A DNA stretch of 54,043 nucleotides, from positions 1 through 54,043 of the forward strand of contig JAHBMJ010000230.1 in the NCBI GenBank assembly GCA_018398765.1. The letters run 5' to 3'. The position numbers and the translations under genes were made by a program. Source of the DNA: Chromera velia. Lineage: Eukaryota. The notes under the pieces were generated by a model. The model had not been told where the DNA came from, did not search any database, and saw only the letters and a program-made list of their open reading frames with translations. Position 1 is the stretch's first letter. Each line of letters starts with the position of its first letter. Positions 11,174-22,414 of this stretch are shown piece by piece.

Positions 11174-11395
11174 GGACCCAGGAGGGAGGTCTACTTGGAC
11201 CTTCCATCTGGGTCTGAGAGACCGGTCTCCCAGACCCAAACCGAAGGTGGGGTCCGACCTGTGACTGGAAGACTCTCTGAAGATGTTCTGAAGGCCTATT
11301 CCAGTCACAGGTTGGAACTCACCTTCAGCTTGGGTCTGGGAGACCGGTCGTTGAGACCCAGATGGAAGGTCAAAGTGGACCTTCCTTCTAGGTCT
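11174..11395. repeat. Foldback element: 97-bp imperfect inverted arms with a 28-nt loop
   Basis: 11174-11270 pairs with 11299-11395. Examples: gaccttccatctgggtct / agacccagatggaaggtc and acctgtgactggaa / ttccagtcacaggt. Confidence 0.9.
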
Positions 11396-12949
11396 GGGTG
11401 CATTCGGATTCTGGCGTCTACGTGTCTTCGTGCTCCTCTCTTCTTGCTCACAGATATCTCGGATGATCCGAGAACCAGCGCTTTCCTCGGGATCGCCCTC
11501 GGCAGGGCGTTAAAAGGCCGGGTAAGTCTTCTTCTTTCCCGTCCGTCTCTTTTTGTATCTTTTTGTTGCTCACCTTTCTCTTTCCTTCTCTGGTGCCTGC
11601 AGGCAATTGTTCCAGCCCCAGAAGCTTTCTGGGAGCTAGTCTGGGAATGATCTTTGTGTCTGGGGAGCTGAAGAAGCCTTTGGTCAGCCTGTTTCTCTTT
11701 TTTGTGTATAGTGATGATTTCCGCCTTGATTGTCTATATGTGTAGATGCATATGTGTACGCCTTTGCCTTCCCAGACAGGGTAGCCGCCAATCCCATTCA
11801 AGCGTCACTTGAACGGAGCTCTCTTCCATCATGCCTGTGTGCAGCTCTTCAGATAGATTCTTCACTGAAATGCTGATGCTTTGCCGGATCGTCTGGCAGT
11901 ACCTGCCTGATCCTGCCTGCCTGCCTGCCTGTCCCCCTCTTTTCATCTGTCTACCTGTCAGACTTCCTGTGCCTACTTGCTGGGCCTGACAGTGTCTGGC
12001 TATGCACATATCGGCACATGTGTGCCTGTCTTCCTGTGCTGCCTCTCTGGATGTCTGGATGTCTGGCTGTCTGCCTGCTCAAGAAATAGGAGGGCAGAAA
12101 GAGAGAGAGATGGAGAGAGCCAAGATGCAGTTTCACGCTTCTTGGAACGCCTCTCTTTTTCAAATGACCACTTGCACTTCAAGATGAAGTCATTGTATTG
12201 TAAATGACAGCAGCAGTTTGTTGGTAGCCGTTTTGCTTTGCACCCCTCCGGGCCTTCCGTAATACTATGTCTTCCTCGTGCATGAGGTACGTGAGGCCGC
12301 ACTCGCACCATTGCGTCGAAAACCCTGTGCGCACTCCTGTCCAATGTAAATTGAGATGATTCTCATGCTGATCTTATTCTTGAATTGTTCTTCTTTTCTG
12401 CGTGCTTTGATTCTTAGAGGAGATTCCGTATTCGCGTGACGTTCTGCATGCAGGTAACCGTCAGCCTCTACGGGGTGACCCCCTTGACGGGCTTCCGTCA
12501 GCCCAGGGCGTATGAGCAGTAAACGACGCCCACTGTTTGAATGTGCACATTCAATTGAAATCTGTGCAAAGCATTGTGTGTGTTTCAAACCGTTGGTGTG
12601 CAAGCTTTTTAGTCGGAAGCTAGCAAGCTTACAGTGGTGTATATTAAAATCTAAGTTAAAATTAATTAGAATGAAGCACTATAATTAATAAACAATCATA
12701 ATCCAATCATTTTATTTTAGTTAGTAAAGTGTTAGAATTAGTTTTTAATTGGATTTCAAGGTTTGTATAGATTCATTTAATAGTTTAAAAGCTTCCAAAA
12801 CTTGGTATGATATTTAAAAATTAAAAGTCACTTCTCAAGACAAAGGTTCAGATTGGAAGTCCTATCAGTTAGGGTCACAAATTTATGAGGGGATACACAG
12901 CATTCGAACGAATAACACCATATAGGCAGGAATGTGGGGAGTTCGAGGT

Positions 12950-13260
12950 TCGAAGATAGCACGAAGAGAGCGTAAAGCAATTCACGGATTCTGAAGGTGA
13001 AGATGAGGCAAAAGCAGGAGCTGCAGGACCCACGTCAGGGACAGGAGATGACACCCCTTCCCGACACGTACCGGACCCCGGGAGGCATGATGATGACGGA
13101 GACGAGGAGCATGATGATGAGGGTGATGGAGACGACGATGACGATGAGAATAAAGATGGTGACTGGCAGGAAAATTCGGATAAGATGGACGATGACGATG
13201 AAAATGATGTCTTAGTGGTACAGTCTTACTGTATGCAAAAGGTGTGTAGGTGTCTATAAT
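12950..13260 (+). pseudogene. Relic of an Asp/Glu-rich protein C-terminus
   Basis: The frame reads HEESVKQFTDSEGEDE...DDDGDEEHDDEGDGDDDDDENKDGDWQE. It is preceded by TAG stops and flanked by AT-rich DNA. Confidence 0.4.
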
Positions 13261-14427
13261 TGAGTACGTTGAATGCACATGCCTGTGTCAATTGAAGAAA
13301 AACTTGATGACGATGATGAATGCGTACCTGAATGATTCAAATACGACAAAAAAAATCATACACAGATATTTTATTTCAAAAATTCAGTTTTAGTTAGAAT
13401 TAAAAAAAAGTTTTATTGATGGTTAATATGTTAAATTAAATCTACTACTATCTACTACACTGCCTATTTAAAGTTTCATAATAGTTATATAACCTACTAA
13501 CTTATAAATTAACTAGAAAAAAGATTTAAATGACCTGATGATTAAAGATTAAAGACATTATACTGGATACAATATAGTAGTTATATCTTCAAAAAATGAT
13601 TTATTATGTTATTATGTTTAAAACATAATTTAATATACAATAAAAATGTTAGAATATTATATTTCATATAATAAAAAAATAACGTTTAAGTTACTCACGT
13701 ATAAAACAACATTCATTGTTGTAAAGTAATTTTAGGCAGTAATCATTCAGAGTCTTTGCTAAGCATTCATGAGCAAAAGACTCAGTCAGATTCGTTTTCA
13801 GACGCTTGTATAAACACTGTGGCACCTGAACGCATAGATGTGAGCACAGACCTGGGCATAGACTGTAGTCGTTGCCAGAAGTTGTTAAAACGTTTGTCAG
13901 TCACTGTAACAGCGGAAACAGATCTTGTTTTCGTTTTGTAATCTCGTTTGTGTTTTTGCTCTCCCCATGGAGATGGTCCTACATGAAAAACAAAGACACA
14001 GGTTCAAAAGAGGAAAGACCAAACAAAGATCCATGCAGTCAACTGGTGCCGCTGCAATGCAAGATTCCATGTTGTTCCCATTCATTTCACATATGCGCCC
14101 CTTCCAGGTAGTATGACATGTACCTGTCTGGCAGTTTTTTATTTTAACAAATGGAGGGGACGTTTTCAGTTTCATCTCAAGCTTCGGCATGAACGAATTG
14201 ACGACAGCAGACAGAGGATACAAAACGCAATACACCAAAAATTCTCGCGAATGCTTTCCCTCCATGTACATATTTTCCTTTCCCGATTCCCAACGTATGT
14301 CTACTTACATTTCAAGACCTCTTCGGTTCGAATCAGCAAGTGCAGAAAAAACGCAAATCTGTACAGGAAATTGGACAAAAAAACAAACTGGCTGAAAAGG
14401 GCACACACACGCAGATTTCCGTATCAA

Positions 14428-17328
14428 TCAGTACGCCCTCCAGTAGTACGATAACGGTGCATGCACCCCTTCAAGAAACTCATCCTTTCCTGCATGCAAC
14501 CGTCTCCTTGCCACAACTGCTGCTGCCGTGCCTCTTCCGTACGGGTCGGAAACCTGGTTCGACCGGGAACCGGAGGAACGGGGTGGAGACCCTGGCAAGG
14601 CAATACTTGGAGACCTTCGTGGACTCGGGTTGAACGGCTTTGGCGCGCTTCGTGCGTCTTCTCTAACGAGGTCGAGCAACCCGCTTTGCGGTGTTGGCTG
14701 CGGTGCGTAAGCAGAAAGTGGTTGTTCCCAATGCGGTTTCGGTATCGCACGTGAAGGCCATTCAGAGGTTTTCTCGTTCCGCGTGCGAGGCGGAGTTTCA
14801 CGCAAGGGAAAGTCCTCCCGGGGGTCGGATGGAGGAGAGACAATGTTAAAGTTTGACTTTGGGGGTTTTGGAATTGCGAACCAAACGAGAGGCCGCGCAA
14901 ATGCAGGTAGGACCGGAAGAGGTCGGTCCTTTGAGAAGTCTCTGGAAGTGATTTCTGCGAGAACGTCTGCTGCTGCCCCGAACAGCTCTGCGTAGGTCTC
15001 TGGAGTATGGCGTCTCCTGCTTCTGCTGTTAGAAGAATACTGTTTCTTTCCCCGCCCTCCCCTTAGAAGGTCCTGAAGACTCGGGAGGTCAAACGGCAGG
15101 TGCTTTGCCAAACTGTCGCTGCTGCCCATAGACGCCAGGGCAGCAGTGGGTGAGTGCCCTGAGGGTAGAGAAGAAGACGAACAAGTAGAGCAGTGGGAGG
15201 ACCGTCTCCTTCCTCCCCTGGCCCTGCTGGGGCTTCCTGATGGTGACAGTGGAAGGCCGCCTGCCCTGTTACTGTTAATCAGCTGCGAGGAGGAGGTGCC
15301 CTCTCTCCATTGCCCCTCCTCTCCGTACAGAACCGCACTCTCTGCCTGTCTGGCCAGGTCTCTGTGGAGCCATTGGCCTGTTGCAGGAAGAAAGGTGTAG
15401 GCACGGATGAGGAGCTCTGCGTTCTCAGCAACCCAGAGAACGGAGTCCCGGAGGATGCGGAGTTGCTCGTCTGTCATCGTGAAGTGCACACCTACCTGCA
15501 AGCAGAAAGAGAGGGTGAAACATGCGAAGTGTGGATGAGGCGGGAAGAAGTGAGAGGCCAGTCACGAGCACAAATGAACGAGGGGCATCTATCTGTTAAA
15601 GCCATACAAGAAAGGAACAATGTCGTCCATTCAAACCCAAGCTTGTTCGGGTCTTCCAGCAAGGGCTCTCTGTCCCCATTACCCGATCTTGAGAATCAGA
15701 ATTGACGATCTAAGATGAACACAAAGACCGTTGTATGAATCACCCCCAGACTTATTGTCGCGTTTCACACCGTTTGCATACATATGTGTTCATACCCTCT
15801 TTCGCTCGATGCAAGCAAGCCTCGATCATGCACCCACCCACCCGAGTCACTCCGGGTTTCAGAATTCCGAGCCCCCCGAGGTCCACAGCGTCTGCTAGGG
15901 CGTCTGCTTGCTGATCTGGGACCTCGAGAAGGTCAAGAAGGTAAGGTCCTGCGCATGCGCAACCCGCACGCGACTGAATACCGAACACATCGTTCAACAA
16001 CGCACACACGAGTTGGTGGTGCACGAAAAGAACCTGGCTGCCTCCTCCTCTCGCGTTGTCACCTCGTTGTTTCCCCCCATTGGATGCCCATGGGGCAAGG
16101 ATAAGAAAAGAGATGATGCCTAGACGCCCAACACCCACACCCCCAGCCTCCCTATCCATGCCGTCATTCTTCATCTTTCTGCCAGAAGAGCCAGACGACC
16201 GTCTGACAGGGTGGCAAGAGGCAAGGGAGCGACTGGAGGGGCCAATCAATCGGATCTTCGGGTGGTCCCTCCAGGCCTTCAAGAGGTAATTTGCCTGCGC
16301 GTCCTCTCTCGCCCTCATCGAACACCCCCCGCCTCTCTCCCCCCTCAGTCCCAAGTGCACTGAGCACACGAGACCCAACCGGACTGCCCCGATGATATCT
16401 GGAGTTCCCGCCTCCTCGCGCTCTTCTTCCTCCTGCACGGAAACATCACACACACACGAAGTGAAAAGAGAGACGGTGACAAGAGAAGACGGAAGCATCA
16501 AACAGTGCTTCGGGAAGTGGACTTCCGCAAGAATGTCCCTAGCAGGCTTGAAGCACCCGCAACTCAACGTACCAGAATGAATCTCTGCCCAGTCCTGGTC
16601 ACCATCGAGACTGTCCCCCCCCCCGGGGCAGCTGGTGTCTCGTCACTCAGGAGCCACCGCCGAACGACCAGGACTCCCGGCGTTCCGGGTCCCCCCAGCA
16701 TTTTGTGGGGGGAGAAGAACGCAGCGTCTGCTCCGCTGTCGCTCTCGAAAGCGCGGCTAATCAGATGGATCGGCCTCATGCCGGGGTCTGCAGAAGGGGC
16801 AGGAGGGTGGTGGAGGCCCTGAAGAATGCCGGGGTCCGCCACCTCGACAGGCGTGTGCGCGGCTGCTGCAGCGAAGTCCCAGCAGACCAGGGCCCCGTGG
16901 TTGTGTGCTAGCTCGGTCAGGGCTCGGACATCCTGCTCGATCCCCGAGACGTTTGAGACGGCAGTGAGCAGACAAACAGGTAGCACGTGGGATGCAGGTT
17001 CTTCCGCCTGCAGACAGATCAGAAAGAGACATGAGCATAGGATGAGTGGATGTCAGAAGTCTCTCAGAGCATGGTGGAATGGTGGGAAGCGTGCAAGAGG
17101 GAAGGTTGTGGGAGGACGCATGTAGAAAAAGATTTGAGAGCCTGCACGAATTCATCCGAGTGCTCTGAAGGGAAGCTGAGTCCTCCAGAATCACAGTCTG
17201 CCTTATTTCGTTATTGTCGCAGACAAAGTTGCACACTACCTCTCGTTCATTGCATCTACGCTGAAGAAAGAAGACGCTGATCAAAGAAACAGGAAACATA
17301 CACACACACACACACACACACACATAGG

Positions 17329-17359
<31 letters not shown>

Positions 17360-17436
17360 ACGCACACACACACACACACACACACATACACACACACACA
17401 CACACACACTCCCACACACACTCCCACACACACTCC

Positions 17437-17469
<33 letters not shown>

Positions 17470-18061
17470 ACACTCACACACGTATGCATACAACACGCAT
17501 CGGAAGATCTAGAAGGTATGTATGTTCAGTAGAACAGCGACACCGATCCGACCTGCATCTTTGCACACGCCCTGAGAGCCCTTTTGAACGTCTCAACGTC
17601 CATTGCCCCCGTCTGCGGGTCTGCGGGGATCTCCCTCATGTGGTACGAGAGGCTCACTCCCCTGCCTTCGTCTCCATCGTAAGCAGACCCCTGTTCCCTC
17701 TGTACCCCCTCTCCGCCCCACACGCCACAGGAGAAGACGGTGCGAGTGCTGAGGACCCGAAAGGGCAACAGGATGGAATGGTGCGCTAAGCTGTCTGCAA
17801 TGAAGACGACCTGCGAGAGGAAACACGAGAGAAAGTACGGGAGGAAGGAATGGATGAAGCGATCAAGGACGAAAGGAAAAGGAGGACGGGGAGAGGGAAG
17901 GAGGGAAGGAAGGAAGGAAGGAAGGAAGGAAGGAAAGAAGGAAAGAAGGAAAGAAGGAAAGAAGGAAAGAAGGAAAGAAGGAAAGAAGGAAAGAAGGAAA
18001 GAAGGAAAGAAGGAAGGGAAGAAGGGAAGGAAGTGAGAAAGAAGAGAAAGAAATAACCGAA

Positions 18062-18145
<84 letters not shown>

Positions 18146-19539
18146 ACCTAAGGGCAACAGAGAAGCCACAAAATAAGTGAAAAAGGGAAGAACAAGCGTA
18201 GACCGACTACTCCTTGCCTACGCCGTTTCAGTGCGAAGTGAGGAAATACAAATTCAGCAAAAGGGACGCCAGAGAAGGGACCGAAGAAGGACCTCACAGA
18301 GACGCGCTCTGCATCTCTCGATGGCTTGCTTAGTGCCTGATCCAAAAGTTGTTGTTTTGGCAATCCGTAATCGACTACACAGGATTGCTTAAGAAACATC
18401 CCAGCTGTGGTGTGAGAAAATTGAGGAGACGCAAATCAGAAAACACTGGATCAACGGATGTCCCCACCCATCCACTTACGCGCCCAGGCAAGAAAGAAGG
18501 CTGACTGACCACTCTCTTAATTCTCTGTGCCCGGGAAGCGGAGGAAGACCGCATCCCTTCCATTCCAGACCCTGCCTGCACACACACACGAGCCCGTCCT
18601 TGTTCTCCAGGCTTTCCACACGCGCATAGAAATGCTGAGGTACCGAGAAAAAAGGTCAGAGAAGGAACTTGGAGACAAAGTACCCCATACTGGAACCAGA
18701 GATACAGCCAAACGGCCACAAGGCTCTATGTGGATGTGTAATCGAGTCGTTATGCTGATAACCAGTCAGTCAGACAGGCAGAAGAGGTCCAGTGACCCCT
18801 TCTGTGAGGAAACGAACCGATGAAGGTTCCACAGAGACCAGAGGGATATCCTGAGGGCTGACTCTCCACCTCCGTCTCTCCATGAGGCCGATGAATTTCG
18901 AAATCGCCCCAGTGCTCCCACTGCCCGTCAGGACCACCGCGTGGTCGTCCCCTGCCCCAAGGAAGGACTTCACACTCGTCCGTGCCTGCGACAAAGAAGA
19001 GGAGGAAAGGGAGGGAACCAGTTCTCAGGTGGGCACGACCGCTGGTCATGCGTCGGCATTCCCCATTACCGAGTCGTCACACGATTTGACTGACCTGAGC
19101 CCTCAACTGGTTCATCATGGAGGAAGTGCATGTTGTCTCAGAGTGGGTGTTGGAATAAAACGGGAGAACCTGCAAGCAGTTGCACAGGAGGGGAGGGCCA
19201 TATCTCTGCTCATCACAATCTATGGCTACGAGAGAGAAGGCCGGACGTCGGCAGAGGAACTGTCAGAGAGAGACTGGAGCTCCTTTTGACTGACCTCATC
19301 TCGAATTACATTCTCCACATTGTGCAACGCCCGTCCAGAGGCGGTGAAGTCACAGTACAGAATGTTTCGAGGACCTGCAGTAGAAAGAGGGGCATATTGA
19401 AATCTTTCATGAAGACTCGATCTTTCTCTGCATCTGGACGGCTTGGCTGTTGAATTCTCTTACCGAAGGGGGTTTCAATTTCTTGCCGCTCCCCGACAGT
19501 CCCCTTGCGGAGAATTTCAAACTCTTCTTCCCTCTTCAT
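14428..19539 (-). CDS. Class V PLP-dependent aminotransferase / cysteine desulfurase-like protein, multi-exon (at least 8 exons)
   Basis: Spliced motifs in order: ETPFG|PRNILYCDFTASGRAL, VLPFYSNTHSE, LTGSGSTGAISK, AHHSILLPFR, TAVSNVSG, WDFAAA, FSPHK (PLP lysine) MLGGPGTPG, PGGGTV, REEAGTPDIIG, LLNDVFGIQSRAGCACAGPY (candidate catalytic Cys), KPGVTR. Introns are GT-AG. Exon structure at 17.8-18.8 kb is uncertain. Confidence 0.92.
17298..17481. repeat. Intronic (CA)n microsatellite
   Basis: Seen directly in the sequence. Confidence 0.95.
17895..18145. repeat. Intronic (GGAA)n/(GAAA)n purine tract
   Basis: Seen directly. Similar tracts occur at 25020-25230 and 42670-42940. Confidence 0.95.
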
Positions 19540-21681
19540 CCTAATTGAAAGACTCCTTCAAGGTTTGATGCACGTAGTTTGACAAAGAGAAACGAGTGAA
19601 GAGTGCGTCTTTGTCACTGTTGTTAGAAGAACCTGAAAGTGTGAATCCCTTAAGGCATGCGCGATGGTGTCCATCGATCGACGCGAACAACGGTCAGGTA
19701 TGGTAAGGGCCTGCATGCCGCACGGATGGGAAGCGGCGCGCGGATCCTTCGGCGTGCCGGAAGTTAAATTCACGCGTCATATCTCAAGCGCTCTTTCGAC
19801 CAGGGAATCGGCCTATAAGTCGACCTTCGACCTTCAAACACTGGCCTGGCGGTGAGCTCAATATCATCATATTTCAGCAGTCTAGCTGGCCCATGTCTAC
19901 CCATGTCCATCTACACGAGCAATCATTTGGAATACATATCGTGAACGCACGCAAGGAAAAGACCGATCATAAAAGGTCAGCCTACGAATAACGAGTCTTC
20001 AAGAGTCTTAAATAAAAAATAGATCTCTTATAAAAACTAATTATAAATTTAGAGAAAATTTATGCATAAAAAAAACTCAAATTAACGTAAATTAACATAC
20101 GCACATCATGCGGTATATTTAGATAACTGATGATAAATAAACAAATTACCCCTAAGTAGGTCAACCTCCCTGAAGCTAGCCCTGACCCTACCTGAATCTA
20201 GGTGCCAGTGACACTTAAAAAAATATAATTAAGATAATCTCTCTCCACAGCATCATTTTTCAAGAGGCTATGACTACTCACAACTTTCTTTTTTTTTACT
20301 TTTTTTCGTTCCCTTTCTTTCTGTTTATCGGTTAAACTTTTAAATTGCACATTCGAGCGTAACACTGTTTGCCGTGGAGTCAATTCAACGTTCGTATGGC
20401 GACCCTCGACTTCCATGCATTGGGATATACGGATGAATGCTCCACGGAGATGCTGGTAAAGCAAATTGGAAAACAGTGACAGCGGGAGTAGAATGGATGC
20501 TCAATTGGATGTTGAGCTTAATTGTTCATGTTAGACTCTGGTTAGTTTTTCCTACATCTTGAAGATGTATGTCTATGTATATATGAAACCATGCAGTGAT
20601 GAAAGTCAGTCACATGTACATATACAATGAATCTTCTACTTGAAAAAATCGACTCCGCGTCATGAAGAGATCAGAAGGGTCCCCTGACGTGGCGGTGGTG
20701 GCGGCGGGTTGGTCAACTACCCCAATGACTACCCTGACGCACGTTCAAATAGGGGGACGTGGTGGTAGTAGAGAGTCGGCTAGGAAGAGATACGCACAGT
20801 ACCCTTCTCCCACCTTCTTCGTACGATGATTGAAGTAGATTAAACGTAATTAAAAGTAATTGAGGGTTTTGTTATGTATGCCGCATCCCCATATATGTAG
20901 GGCAGATCTAGCCTAGTTTGTCAGAAAGTGAAGGAACAAGTGTGCTTATTCATCACTTTCCCACTCGCACCTCCATTAGCAACCGCTGGATAAAAGAACC
21001 AAGTGAAGAGAAGAGAGACAGATAGGGGTGTATGACACCGGGGGGGGGGGTGGTGTGCAGCGCTACGAGAGCTGAGGGTGGATGCCTCCCCCTGGTGTGA
21101 TTCAGAATGAGGTCATCTGAAAACGCCGGACTACGGATGGCGGGGGGGTGTGAGACATAATGGTGGACAAAAAAAACTCCTAACTTCTTAGCTATATAAT
21201 ATCCTAAAATCTCTTCAACTATCTAAAACTATTTCCTGCTAGCTCTGCCGATATATAGATATAGTGGGAAGGCTCTAGGGCAGAACATATCAATCAATCA
21301 ATCAATCAATTAAAACTCAAAAACACTAATATATCTTAAACTATTAGACACTATTTAAAAGTGTCTTCAAACTAATCATGTTACTAATATATCACTAGCT
21401 TAGTTAACAATCGTATGCGATCTCATTCATGTGCAACTTGTCAATAACTGTGCAAGTCATCAGTAATTTTTCGATCTGAGAGACTCCGAACAGTGAGAGA
21501 TGCTGAGAGGAGAAGGAAAGGCGATAGAGGGCACACACATACAGACACAGATAGACACACACAGACACAGATACACATACGCAGAGAGAGAGAAAGAGTG
21601 AGAAAGAGAGAAGGGAGAAAAAGAAAAATGAACGAAAAAGAGATAAGGAGAGAGAGAAAGACTGTTCGGAAGTTGCTGACC

Positions 21682-22045
21682 TGGTTGGAGAAGTTCAAAC
21701 TCATCAGTGCCCAGCCGCTTTTGGCGCCACGCCCTCAAAAACGTGATGGTGTAGTCGAGCATCGTCTTTGACATGGTCTCGGAGGCTTTGCTATCCCACT
21801 TTAGCATCGCCAGAAGGAAATCATAGACCTGGGGGTACGACTTGATTCCCTGTATTCCCACTCCCCGTGCCTTTTTGTCAATCACCTGTGCCCCCATTAT
21901 GAGGAACCCATACAACACACCCTGTTTTTTCTCCATTTCTCGGTCTGTGATCTGTTGAACAGCCAGAGCGATCTGTTTTGAATCCCCCCTCTTATCTGCT
22001 TTCTGAGCACGCTCTTGAATGCACCTAGCTTCATTCCTCTTCCAT
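21682..22045 (-). pseudogene. Fragment resembling the pre-catalytic region of P-element/THAP9-related transposases
   Basis: It reads IDKKARGVGIQGIKSYPQVYDFLLAMLKWDSKASETMSKTMLDYTITFLRAW. This recalls the Y..F...L...S.KAY..L.....S..TLR.W pattern, judged from memory without a search. It is followed by an intron and cut off at AT-rich DNA near 21440. Confidence 0.4.
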
Positions 22046-22414
22046 CAGCGTGTATTAATAACAAGGTTTTGCATGCTCCTTCGATTCTCGTCCCGCAATC
22101 CGAGAACGACCCAATGTATCAACGTGCATGAAGGGGCTGGAATACAACAAACAGCACGAGCTTCACCAGACTAAGCTCCTGTTCTCTCTCTGCATGCCGC
22201 CCCCATGTTCCCATTCGTGTGATTGATAACTTTCCTCTCTTGTACTAGCTTCCTACATCGATTACGAGTATGTACATGATGCATATCACCAACACATGAC
22301 AGCTCGCAAGCTAGCTCTCTAGAGGACCGCTGTATGTCGGTTATTTGAGTGCATAGTAAGCGATGCATTGATTTGTGTGTCCTTGCTCTCCCCCCCCCCC
22401 CTTGCCATTGATTT

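Noticed and set aside
9000..12600. Intact gene(s) in the 9-12.6 kb region
   Set aside because: Only short, stop-interrupted coding-like pieces are present (for example 10102-10362 and 11448-11900 on the - strand), with no recognisable motif.
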